Below are positions 35,036 to 43,035 of a DNA stretch of 64,000 nucleotides, one piece after another. The translations under genes and the position numbers were made by a program. The stretch's first letter is position 1. Every line of letters starts with the position of its first letter. This DNA comes from an uncultured Porphyromonadaceae bacterium (GTDB taxonomy: Bacteria > Bacteroidota > Bacteroidia > Bacteroidales > Muribaculaceae), in assembly GCA_947175645.1 (NCBI GenBank), contig CAMWNP010000002.1, forward strand, positions 96,835 to 160,834, given 5' to 3'. Below the pieces are notes generated by a model. That model saw only the letters and a list, made by a program, of their open reading frames with translations. It had not been told where the DNA came from and did no database searches.

Positions 35036-35596
35036 TTATTTATTGTTACTGAAAAGGTTGTTGGTAGCTGCGTATCGGTTAAACTCGGCCATGTTGTGTA
35101 GCCCCAATTTTCGCAAACTTGCTTTGCGGTGGTTGGCCACGGTGTTAATGCTGATATAAAGGAGGTCGGCAATATCGCCATCGTTCTTACCCTCATAGCA
35201 CAGGCGCATAACCTCAAGCTGTCGCTCACTCAATTTGCTGTCAAAAGCTGGCTGGCACAGGAGCTGGTCATGCTTACACTCTCCACGCAGAGGGCAGCTA
35301 ACAAACTCAAAATTGAAATTCCATTGTGCGTCTATGTCTATGGTGTTGTCGTACACGCCAAAATTGCACTTGATAAAGCGGCGCACGGCAAGGAAATCAC
35401 GGTAATGTTTATTACCCTCGCTCCCTCGGTAAATCTCCATGAGAGCCTTGTATGCCGTGGGGTAATACTCCATAATTACGCCTAAAAAGGCTTGTATAAA
35501 ATCGCTGTCGCTGGGCTTTAACTGGCGTTCTGCCTCGCCCTGTTCTTTCAGCGTTACCTCTCCTTCAGGAGTGGTGTAAAACTCTATTGCTCGCAT
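35036..35596 (-). CDS. LuxR/GerE-family HTH transcription regulator (186 aa)
   Basis: C-terminal LSERQLEVMRLCYEGKNDGDIADLLYISINTVANHRKASLRKLG. Confidence 0.75.
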   Translation of the reverse strand: MRAIEFYTTPEGEVTLKEQGEAERQLKPSDSDFIQAFLGVIMEYYPTAYKALMEIYRGSEGNKHYRDFLAVRRFIKCNFGVYDNTIDIDAQWNFNFEFVSCPLRGECKHDQLLCQPAFDSKLSERQLEVMRLCYEGKNDGDIADLLYISINTVANHRKASLRKLGLHNMAEFNRYAATNNLFSNNK

Positions 35597-35874
35597 TGTA
35601 CTTTAGGGGGAAAGAGGGTTGTTACTGGTATCTGCAAATGCTCCGCAATGAGCTTTTGCTTTAGAGCATCGGGGCGTTGCACTCCCGATATCCACATTCT
35701 CACTGTCTGCTGGTGTACGCAACACAGCTCCGCTATGCTTTCTACAAATGCCTGCTTGGGTGCCTTTGTAGCTGGAGGCAGTTTGCGGTAAATATCGCCA
35801 AACTCAAGAGTGGCATAGTCCGCAGGGGTCAATTTTTCCATTTTTGGCTGTAAAATGGTTGTCAGTGTCTCCAT
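35584..35874 (-). CDS. Cro-like HTH regulator (96 aa)
   Basis: HTH-like IAELCCVHQQTVRMWISG. Divergent from the CI-like gene. Confidence 0.5.
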   Translation of the reverse strand: METLTTILQPKMEKLTPADYATLEFGDIYRKLPPATKAPKQAFVESIAELCCVHQQTVRMWISGVQRPDALKQKLIAEHLQIPVTTLFPPKVQCEQ

Positions 35875-35886
35875 TTTTTGTTATTT

Positions 35887-35916
35887 TTGCATCGTTAATA
35901 TATTTTAGTGATGCAA
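35887..35916. promoter_or_regulatory. Palindromic operator candidate TTGCATC-N16-GATGCAA in the divergent switch region
   Basis: Perfect 7-bp inverted arms. TATTTTTG at 35882..35889 matches the Bacteroides -7 box TAnnTTTG on the plus strand. Confidence 0.45.
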
Positions 35917-35998
35917 ATATACAACCAAATCTGCTGTCGTTCCAAATATTTCGACAACTTTTTTTGAAGTATTTTTGCGGTAAATTATTTAATCTGTT

Positions 35999-36499
35999 AT
36001 GGGTCAGCAAAATAGCGTTGGCGAAAAAATTAAGGAATATTTTAAGGCACAGGGCATTTCTCAACGGAATGCCGCTGAAATGCTCGGTACTACCCAGCAA
36101 GTAGTTGGCAGCCTGCTTAATGGCAGGAGGTTTGGTCGGCGCACCGCTGAAAAGTGGCATGAGGTGTTTGGCTTTAACCCTGCATGGCTCATTACTGGAG
36201 CTGGAGATATGTTTGAGATTGACAGCAAAAATGAGTGTACCGCAAAAACTGCTGTCACTATCGGGGCGGATGCAGTAGCCAGTGAGGTGCTAAAGTTAAT
36301 TACCAATGGAGAGCTTTATCCTGCCTCCGTAGTAAAAGCCAAAGATGAGTTGATTGCAGAAAAGGACAAGGAGATACAGCGACTAAACAGGGAGCTGGGA
36401 GCCTTACGCAATGAGCTGGAACAAAAACGGCAAAAAAGCCTGCACACCTCCCACATGGTTAATCAAGATGCAGAAGTATTGGCTGAATTGAGTAAATGA
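35999..36499 (+). CDS. CI-like XRE-family repressor (166 aa)
   Basis: HTH ISQRNAAEMLGTTQQVVGSLLNG followed by WLITGAGDMF, with a C-terminal coiled coil. Confidence 0.7.
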   Translation: MGQQNSVGEKIKEYFKAQGISQRNAAEMLGTTQQVVGSLLNGRRFGRRTAEKWHEVFGFNPAWLITGAGDMFEIDSKNECTAKTAVTIGADAVASEVLKLITNGELYPASVVKAKDELIAEKDKEIQRLNRELGALRNELEQKRQKSLHTSHMVNQDAEVLAELSK

Positions 36500-36723
36500 T
36501 TATGGAATATAAAAGCCTATTTGCCGTTGCGGAGGGTTTACTGCTGGCTTTGCTCAAGGGCAAACCAGTAAATGTTAGCTCGCTCAATAATGCCCTCTTG
36601 AGTGTTAATATTGCCATTGATAATGCCTCGGTACTGGGAGAGCCAGTAAATGAGCTTGAGAGTATGCGGAGAGAATTACTAACTATACGCAAAGCTGTGT
36701 GGTATGCGAACAGAGGAGAGTAG
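36496..36723 (+). CDS. Hypothetical protein (75 aa)
   Basis: The ATG overlaps the upstream stop. Confidence 0.45.
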   Translation: MIMEYKSLFAVAEGLLLALLKGKPVNVSSLNNALLSVNIAIDNASVLGEPVNELESMRRELLTIRKAVWYANRGE

Positions 36724-37066
36724 AGCCATTGACAATGCTATCAAAAAGCGTTTTTTTGAGGCTATCGGTATGCTCATGGCCAGCAAAGCCTTGAGAGGGC
36801 GGCAAACCTATTGCAGGCTGCACGATATAAACAAACGGCACTTTTATGAACAGGAAAAAAATATTGAAAAGGCCATACTCAAACCTTACTGGCTGGTGCC
36901 ACTGGTAGCCTACTACAATATAAATGCAGAGTGGCTGCTTACTGGCAAAGGTGGTATGTTTAAGCCAGCACCCAAACCACGAAAAGAAAGGGCTGGCAGG
37001 TATAAGAACCCACCAGCCCCAGCGGCCGCTCCTTTGCAGGGAGAGCTTAATCTTGAGGAGCCTTAA
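36704..37066 (+). CDS. HTH-like regulator (120 aa)
   Basis: WLLTGKGGMF motif typical of Bacteroidales phage repressor-like proteins. Confidence 0.45.
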   Translation: MRTEESRAIDNAIKKRFFEAIGMLMASKALRGRQTYCRLHDINKRHFYEQEKNIEKAILKPYWLVPLVAYYNINAEWLLTGKGGMFKPAPKPRKERAGRYKNPPAPAAAPLQGELNLEEP

Positions 37067-38336
37067 AGCCTACCAGCTCCAGCACTCGCCTGTTGGCCTC
37101 ATCCTGCTTGCTGTAGTCTTTATCCAAATAAATATCCGTTATGCGCATTTGCTCATCCACATGGTTTAATGCCTCATGTATGGTGGCTTTGTCAATGTTT
37201 GCCTTGTTGCGTGCCAGTGTAGCCCATGTGTGGCGAGCTGCGTAAAACTCCAAATCGGGTATCTCTATCCCCTCCATGGCTCCAATGAGCTTTAGCCCTC
37301 GGTTAATATAGCCATTAAAGCCATTGGAGGTAGTATAACGGAGGTGGAAATCAAAAACACGTTGCCCTGTTGGGTCACGGTATTTCTCCACCAGCGGCAT
37401 TACACATGGCTCTATCTTTATGCTAATTGTTGCGTGGTCGGCACGCCTGCTGGAGGTTTTTGTGCGCTGGTAAGTAATGCGGTCACCCTCAATGCAGGTG
37501 CAGTTATACAAATCAACGCTATTCATGCCAATTAGGCCAAAGGAGAGCAGGAACATATCGCGTGCCAGCTCTTGCCTTGAGGTTGGGTACTTTGCGCTGT
37601 TTTGGTAGCCAACGCGGCGCGGCACTCGCATAATGGCCTGTAGTTGCTCAATGCTTATGGAGCGTTTGCGAGTGAGAGGAGGGCGCGGCACTTGGAAACG
37701 CTTAAATGGGCTTAACGGTATGCGTATAATGCCTGCATCTTCATCATTATACATGGCTTTCGCCTTGTTGTGGAGTATGCGGATATTACCCAAATATAGG
37801 GAGGGCGCACGCTCTCCTTTTGTCCTGTTTGGGCGTGCTGGCTCATTCAGTAGGAATTTGCAGAAATCAGTGAGGAGTTTAACCGTAACCTCATGTATTG
37901 AGAGGGTGTCGCGTTTTAGGAAGCGTACCAGTGCATTTACAGCACTCTCATAGCTGTGCGCTGTGCCAACTCTGCCAGCCGCCTCTGTCTCTTTAATTAC
38001 CTGTCGGGAAAAGGCAATAAAATCAAGCTCAAATATTCCGTTATTCCTGTTGTAGTTCTGTATGTAGTCCACCACTTGCTCAATGCTCATTACATTGGCT
38101 CTCTCAATGGGCAGAGTGGCCACAATTTTTTGGTAGCCATCAATCGTGCGCTTGAGTGTGTCATTGACTTGGGCGTTCTTGATTTTAAGCCCTCGCGTTA
38201 AATCCTCCTTTGTTACAAATATGGAGGTGGGCAGGTGTTTACGCTTTCGGTTGTGCGTAACTCTAATTTTTACGTTGTATGTGCCATCTTCTTTGCGGTG
38301 GTGTGCATATACAACGGCCTTAAATGTTGTACTCAT
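37047..38336 (-). CDS. int: Tyrosine recombinase / phage integrase (429 aa)
   Basis: N-terminal arm-binding-like domain (YAHHRKEDGTYNVKIRVTHNRK). Catalytic region ARHTWATLA...HEALNH...Y. Adjacent to the tRNA. Confidence 0.85.
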   Translation of the reverse strand: MSTTFKAVVYAHHRKEDGTYNVKIRVTHNRKRKHLPTSIFVTKEDLTRGLKIKNAQVNDTLKRTIDGYQKIVATLPIERANVMSIEQVVDYIQNYNRNNGIFELDFIAFSRQVIKETEAAGRVGTAHSYESAVNALVRFLKRDTLSIHEVTVKLLTDFCKFLLNEPARPNRTKGERAPSLYLGNIRILHNKAKAMYNDEDAGIIRIPLSPFKRFQVPRPPLTRKRSISIEQLQAIMRVPRRVGYQNSAKYPTSRQELARDMFLLSFGLIGMNSVDLYNCTCIEGDRITYQRTKTSSRRADHATISIKIEPCVMPLVEKYRDPTGQRVFDFHLRYTTSNGFNGYINRGLKLIGAMEGIEIPDLEFYAARHTWATLARNKANIDKATIHEALNHVDEQMRITDIYLDKDYSKQDEANRRVLELVGFKAPQD

Positions 38337-38379
38337 TACGTTGTTTTCTTGCAGGTTATATGGCTTGAAAGCTCCATTT

Positions 38380-38433
38380 GTGGCTCACAACATTTTTAGC
38401 TGTGTTGCATTTTGAGCCACATTTGAACCACAA
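38380..38433. repeat. GA(G/A)CCACA repeat cluster (putative integrase arm-type sites, left of the tRNA)
   Basis: GTGGCTC (inverted) at 38380, GAGCCACA at 38414 and GAACCACA at 38425. Confidence 0.45.
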
Positions 38434-38478
38434 ACCGCTGCAAATTTCGCCATAATGAGCCAAAAGTGCAGAAACAAA

Positions 38479-38507
38479 GAGAGCCAACTTTTGAAAGTTA
38501 GCTCTCT
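38479..38507 (-). terminator. Hairpin terminator after tRNA-Arg
   Basis: AGAGAGCCAACTTT/AAAGTTAGCTCTCT 14-bp stem with 1 mismatch, followed on the minus strand by TTTGTTTCTG. Confidence 0.5.
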
Positions 38508-38511
38508 TTTG

Positions 38512-38583
38512 TACTCCCGAAGGGAATCGAACCCTTATCATTGGAACCGGAATCCAGTATTCTATCCATTGAACTACAGGAGC
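38512..38583 (-). tRNA. tRNA-Arg (anticodon CCG), 72 nt, no encoded CCA
   Basis: Cloverleaf folded by hand: acceptor stem of 7 bp (2 G-U), D arm GTTC/GAAT, anticodon loop TTCCGGT, T arm AAGGG-TTCGATT-CCCTT. Confidence 0.8.
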
Positions 38584-38733
38584 TTACGTTATTTTTGGTT
38601 TTGACAAACTCTTTTGCCAATTTTGCGCTTTGTTAAAAATGTGCTATATTTGCATATAAGCACCGGAAACTCCTGTTCTTACGAGTTTAACCCCCTATGG
38701 GCGAGAATTTTAGCTTACTGCGTCTTGCGCCAC

Positions 38734-38760
38734 TGAACCACATTTGAGCCACAACTGCAA
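38734..38760. repeat. GA(G/A)CCACA repeat cluster (putative arm-type sites, right of the tRNA)
   Basis: TGAACCACATTTGAGCCACAACTGCAA mirrors TGAGCCACATTTGAACCACAAACCGCTGCAA at 38413..38443. Confidence 0.45.
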
Positions 38761-38814
38761 AAAACTCGCTTTTTGCTGCTCTCACATGGAGAGGCGTTTG
38801 ACGCTGCAAAGTTA

Positions 38815-39420
38815 CTACTTTTTTTTGGTAAAATCAACATAGCGAGCGTATTTTATGCTTGCATGAGGGTTGGAGTTTACAATATCCAACTCCACACGCT
38901 TGCACCCCCAGCGGAAGAAAAGGAAACGCTTGGGCACTCGGTGGGCTACTATGAGGAGGCTGTCATTACTCTCAAATTCTCCCTCAAAGTGGCCGCTGGT
39001 ATCAATGCACCCACTGGCACGCACCCAGCCATCGTTAAACTCAAAGCACTTTAGAGTGTCAAGCCTCGCCAGCATGGGCACATACACAATGCTGTCCTTA
39101 ACCTCTGTTCGCACCTCCACCTTGGTTTGTGAGCTGGAGGCAATAACCTGCTGGAGCCGTTTTGTCTTTATGCCCAGCCGCTCCACCTCGGCCTTGAGGT
39201 CGGCACACTGGGTTTCAAACTCGGAGGCTGTGAGCTGGAGCCGCTGCACCTTGGCTGCATTCTCTCCTGCCTCGGTCTTGTATAACTCAACATCGGCCAT
39301 GAGTGCCGACTGGTTGCCATGCAGCCGCTCATTGTCGGCCTTGAGCTGCTGGCAGCGGTGTATGGCACCGCCAGCAACCGCCAGCAGTGCCACAATAGCA
39401 ATTAGTAGATACTTTTTCAT
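38815..39420 (-). CDS. Membrane-anchored coiled-coil lysis accessory protein (spanin-like, 201 aa)
   Basis: N-terminal TM MKKYLLIAIVALLAVAGGA, then a coiled coil. Directly downstream of the amidase gene. Confidence 0.45.
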   Translation of the reverse strand: MKKYLLIAIVALLAVAGGAIHRCQQLKADNERLHGNQSALMADVELYKTEAGENAAKVQRLQLTASEFETQCADLKAEVERLGIKTKRLQQVIASSSQTKVEVRTEVKDSIVYVPMLARLDTLKCFEFNDGWVRASGCIDTSGHFEGEFESNDSLLIVAHRVPKRFLFFRWGCKRVELDIVNSNPHASIKYARYVDFTKKK

Positions 39421-40070
39421 TTGGCTACGCTTTTTATGTAGTTAAGTATGCCCTCAACATGGAGCTGGGCAATGGCAGCCTTGCCCTCATCGGAAAGCAG
39501 GTACTCCATATCGCTCTTGTTGTCTTGGAAAAGTGACTCCGTAAGTACAGCAGGGCATTTGGTGCCAGTAAGCACGGTAAACTTGGCCTCATAATCGGGG
39601 TCTCCATCGCTCCAGTCGGCACGGAACGGCACCTGCTTGGGGTCATAAGCACCCTTGGCCTGCAATACGCGGAACCGCTCGGCATAAGGAGCCAGCACGG
39701 TATTGGCTGCGTTCCACAGGCACGTTGCAAGTGCATCGGCCTTGGTAATTCTAGGCGATGTGTAAACACACCAGCCGCCAGCAGTTTTCCAGCGGCCATC
39801 AGCTCCAGCCGCATTGCAGTGGAGGCTCACGAAAATGCAGTTGGCGGTGCCGTACCTGTTGCATAAGGCATTGGCTCGGTTGCACCGCTCTTTGAGGCTG
39901 ATGTCTTTGTCCTCGGTTACTATTCGGATAGCCTCAATGCCATGGGCTTTTAACTGCTCCTGTAAGAGCAGGCCAACCTCACGCGCCCACTTATATTCAA
40001 GGAGCTGCCTGTCGGGGCTACACTTGCCAGCGGTATTAACACCGTGGCCATTGTCAATAATTACTATCAT
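39417..40070 (-). CDS. N-acetylmuramoyl-L-alanine amidase endolysin (217 aa)
   Basis: Amidase_3-like IIDNGHG...E...FVSLHCNA motifs. Confidence 0.8.
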   Translation of the reverse strand: MIVIIDNGHGVNTAGKCSPDRQLLEYKWAREVGLLLQEQLKAHGIEAIRIVTEDKDISLKERCNRANALCNRYGTANCIFVSLHCNAAGADGRWKTAGGWCVYTSPRITKADALATCLWNAANTVLAPYAERFRVLQAKGAYDPKQVPFRADWSDGDPDYEAKFTVLTGTKCPAVLTESLFQDNKSDMEYLLSDEGKAAIAQLHVEGILNYIKSVAK

Positions 40071-40081
40071 TTCACTGGGGG

Positions 40082-40681
40082 TTAATTGTGTTGAACTCGG
40101 TGGTAAAAATCTATTTTTATCCGCTTATATACAGCCTCCACATTAGTGTAAGCTCGGCCATTATTAACGGTGTCATTGTAAACCTCCTTTTCCACTACCT
40201 CGGCCACCCACTCAATCCATTGCACATTTGCATAGCTGGAGAGCGTGCGGCCTCGGTACAAAAAGCTATCAAGGCGGCTGTTTCTATCCTCATGCAGGTT
40301 CTCAATGAGAGTGCGTATTTTGGCCACGGTGGCCGCTCGGTCTGCAATGTGGTTTTCCTCACGCACGCGCTTAATAATGCGGCATACGCGCTCTATAGCA
40401 AGGTCAAAGCATATACTTGAGAGGTTTTTAACCTTTAACAGAGTTTCGGGGCGTAACCCCTCGGATATGTCGTTGAGCATTTCGTTCTGCTTGCGCGTTT
40501 CTGCCAGCAGGTCGGCATTAACCTTGGCATTACCCTTAATCATGCCGTCAATAATGCTCTTAAACCACTTGAAACAGGCCACCCATAATAACCCTGTGAG
40601 TACAAGGAAAAAGGCGGCAGTAATAGCCATCATGCCATAATTGGTAATGCCATGGGCTACGGAGTTTACATCTTCAACCAT
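40082..40681 (-). CDS. Membrane protein, holin-like by position (199 aa)
   Basis: A single N-terminal TM (MMAITAAFFLVLTGLLWVACF). Immediately upstream of the endolysin gene. Confidence 0.4.
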   Translation of the reverse strand: MVEDVNSVAHGITNYGMMAITAAFFLVLTGLLWVACFKWFKSIIDGMIKGNAKVNADLLAETRKQNEMLNDISEGLRPETLLKVKNLSSICFDLAIERVCRIIKRVREENHIADRAATVAKIRTLIENLHEDRNSRLDSFLYRGRTLSSYANVQWIEWVAEVVEKEVYNDTVNNGRAYTNVEAVYKRIKIDFYHRVQHN

Positions 40682-40682
40682 A

Positions 40683-41096
40683 TTAGCGTCTTTGTTTCAT
40701 GTAACTGCGCTTTTTAATGAGGTACATATTGAGCGCATCCACATCTTCCTGCGACACGGCCTCCCTTGCACTGCGGAACTCAAAGCCAGCCATATCTCGG
40801 ATAAACACCACCTTTATAATGGTATGGAATGGGAAACGTAATTTGGGATTTTGTAGCGTTTTGAGTAGCTTTTTACTGCTTGTCCAAAACGCCGTTTCTG
40901 CCTCCTCAAGCTCCCACTTAAATTTTACTACGGTGCGTTTGCCATTCTCGGTTTCTACGCCGTGGGAAAAGCCAGTACACCAAATAGGCTTGTTTATTAC
41001 CTCATCAATACTGGGGTAATCGCCTGTAGGGCGTTCAGAGCTTGCGTCTTCTCCTTGCAGCGAGAAATCGGCAAAATCAAATGTTTCCTCTGCCAT
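40683..41096 (-). CDS. Hypothetical protein (137 aa) immediately downstream of the DGR RT
   Basis: ATG 13 nt after the RT stop. No motif recognised. Confidence 0.5.
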   Translation of the reverse strand: MAEETFDFADFSLQGEDASSERPTGDYPSIDEVINKPIWCTGFSHGVETENGKRTVVKFKWELEEAETAFWTSSKKLLKTLQNPKLRFPFHTIIKVVFIRDMAGFEFRSAREAVSQEDVDALNMYLIKKRSYMKQRR

Positions 41097-41109
41097 ATTT
41101 ATGTTGCCA

Positions 41110-42576
41110 TTATGCTAAAGGTATGTTGTGGAGTTTACAATCGGCATCCACCATAGCGCGGAGTGCCTTGCGCTCTGAAAGGAAATCAAGGTAGGGCTGC
41201 TTTTTGGCCTCATCCTCTATGCCCAGCATAGCGGCGTTGTAGTCGTTGAGCAGCTTGGCCTCCTCGGTGCTGCTGTACTTGGCAGCAATGAGGTTTTCCA
41301 GTATGGTATTGGCCGTAACTGGAGCAGCCACCAGCAGGCTGTCATACACGTTTACCTTAACCTTTTTGCCCTCCTCATCGGCACGCTCCTCAATGTGCTG
41401 GTTGTGGTTGTAGAGCGTTGTGCCTTTGATGCGGTCAATCACATCAAACGTGGGCTGTGCCTCGGCACTGGTGATGCCCACTCTCAAGTTTTCTTTACTC
41501 ATTGGGTTTAACTGGTTTATTGTTAATTGTAATATGCGTTCAAAATGCTCTTTAGAGCAGTGTTGTAGCCAGCCATAATGTGCGGCCAGCTCCATTTTAA
41601 CCTCATGCTCCTGCGTAATGCCATAGCGTTTTTGCACTTGGCGCAACTTACGCCAGTAGGTCATAAGTATGCTTCTGCGAGCCAGCACATTGTAATGGTT
41701 GCTCTTGTAGCCCACGAAATCAATAGAGCGAGCATCTACAGGGAAAATTTGCCAGTTGCCTTTTATGGTCAGCTCCAGCTCCCTTAACAGGTAAGCCTCA
41801 ATTTGCTCAAATACCCAGTGCAAAGCCTCCTTATTGCCACACAGGAAAACCATATCATCCATGTAGCGGAAATAATACAGGCGTGCATGAAAGAGCTTTT
41901 TAACCATTGGCGTTAGCCACTCCTTTACCCAGTGGTCAAATGGTGTTAGGTACCAGTTGGCAAAATGCTGGGAGGTAAGGCGGCCAATAGGTATGCCCTC
42001 ATTGCCCTCGGTGCTATCTACTATTGTATCCATGAGCCAAAGCAAATGCCTATCGCCATAGCTTTTGCGGAAAATCAGTTTGAGTTTATCATGCTTTATG
42101 GTGTCATAATAATGGTGTACGTCTAATTTTAAGCAGTATTTTGTACCCTTTTTATCCTTTTGCAATGTACGGTTAAGGTCGCGGAGGCAAGCATGAATAC
42201 CTCGCCCTTTTATGCAGGCGTAGGTATTGGCAATAAAGAGTTTACGCAAATCATCTTCAATAACATCAATGAGGCAGTGGTCAATTATGCGGTCGGGCAT
42301 GAGCTTGGCTATTTTTAGCACTCGCGTTTTAACCTTGCCGCCTGTTTTCTCCTTAATGATTTTCTTTGTATAAGGAGAGGGTATGTACTTGCGCTTATCA
42401 AGCAGCTCCCATACCTCGGTTATTGCCTCAATAAAGCCCTCGTTTAGTAGCCGCTGCACATCGTGCCTGTGCCGCTTACCCCGTATGGTGTTTAGGGTTG
42501 CGTGCAGCACGTTTTGAGGGTCGCATACTTTCCAGTAGCTGTTGTTATCGTAGCTGTGGTAAATTTTATGTGCCAT
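41110..42576 (-). CDS. DGR reverse transcriptase (488 aa) with a C-terminal extension of about 125 aa
   Basis: The DGR-specific motif IGRLTSQHFANWYL lies at residues 197-210; IGRLTSQ itself is 41968..41988. YMDD is at 41854..41865. The gene is adjacent to the TR. Confidence 0.9.
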   Translation of the reverse strand: MAHKIYHSYDNNSYWKVCDPQNVLHATLNTIRGKRHRHDVQRLLNEGFIEAITEVWELLDKRKYIPSPYTKKIIKEKTGGKVKTRVLKIAKLMPDRIIDHCLIDVIEDDLRKLFIANTYACIKGRGIHACLRDLNRTLQKDKKGTKYCLKLDVHHYYDTIKHDKLKLIFRKSYGDRHLLWLMDTIVDSTEGNEGIPIGRLTSQHFANWYLTPFDHWVKEWLTPMVKKLFHARLYYFRYMDDMVFLCGNKEALHWVFEQIEAYLLRELELTIKGNWQIFPVDARSIDFVGYKSNHYNVLARRSILMTYWRKLRQVQKRYGITQEHEVKMELAAHYGWLQHCSKEHFERILQLTINQLNPMSKENLRVGITSAEAQPTFDVIDRIKGTTLYNHNQHIEERADEEGKKVKVNVYDSLLVAAPVTANTILENLIAAKYSSTEEAKLLNDYNAAMLGIEDEAKKQPYLDFLSERKALRAMVDADCKLHNIPLA

Positions 42577-42774
42577 TGCTGTTATAAGAGCTTTCGCGCT
42601 CGCGGCTGGTGCCGCGCTCTACTCGCACTTTACAATCTCCATATTCTTTTGCCAGTAACCAGCCCCACTAATGCTGGGGCGTGGCTACTCTTGAGAGGCA
42701 TGGTCTTGGTGGGGTTGTTGAGTGGCCTATACTCCCGAAAGAGCGTAGAACCGAAAAAGTAATAAACGGTATAA

Positions 42775-42880
42775 GGGGGAAACCATAATTCGCATTCGTA
42801 TTCGAACACCGATTACTCGTATTCGCACAGCGGACACCCGAATTCTCCGCATTATTCGCATTAGCAGCAGAGAGGAGCTT
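42775..42880 (-). repeat. DGR template repeat (TR)
   Basis: Intergenic, between the target gene and the RT. Coding sense reads KLLSAANANNAENSGVRCANTSNRCSNTNANYGFPL with nine AAT codons. Both VRs differ from it at its adenines. Confidence 0.9.
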
Positions 42881-43035
42881 CCCGAAACCACCGCAACCGC
42901 GTTTTTGACCGAAAGCCGTAACGCTTGCTATGGTAATGGCCATGGCCACGCACCGCTCAAGGCGGTGCTTTAGGGGGATTGTTCATTTCTATATTGTTTT
43001 GAGTTACTTTTTCACTTTGTTATGCTGCCAGCTTT

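Noticed and set aside
35029-35229. N-terminal 67 codons of track ORF 34717..35229
   Set aside because: This part overlaps the 3' end of the LuxR-type gene in another frame and looks non-coding. The ATG at 35028 gives a compact protein.
35804-36160. 118-aa minus-strand ORF spanning the CI/Cro intergenic region
   Set aside because: It crosses the A/T-rich promoter/operator region and runs antisense to the start of the repressor gene. Low-complexity translation.
38337-38814. The tRNA region as a fragment of host chromosome (a prophage boundary)
   Set aside because: Phage genes continue on both sides (integrase on the left, lysis genes on the right) and the whole unit closes on itself at 57,637 bp. 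The tRNA therefore belongs to the element as presented.
41110-42576. The RT as a retron, group II intron or Abi-type defence RT
   Set aside because: The IGxLTSQxFAN motif and the adjacent TR/VR pair with adenine-only mismatches fit a DGR. No intron-like RNA domains, maturase/endonuclease domain or msr/msd-like repeats were seen nearby.
42668-42949. 93-aa ORF (MAMAITIAS...KLLSAANANNAENSG...) covering the template repeat
   Set aside because: It exists only because the TR copies the reading frame of the VRs. The N- and C-terminal parts look non-coding, and it sits in the target-TR-RT intergenic region. It is treated as the TR RNA template, not a gene.
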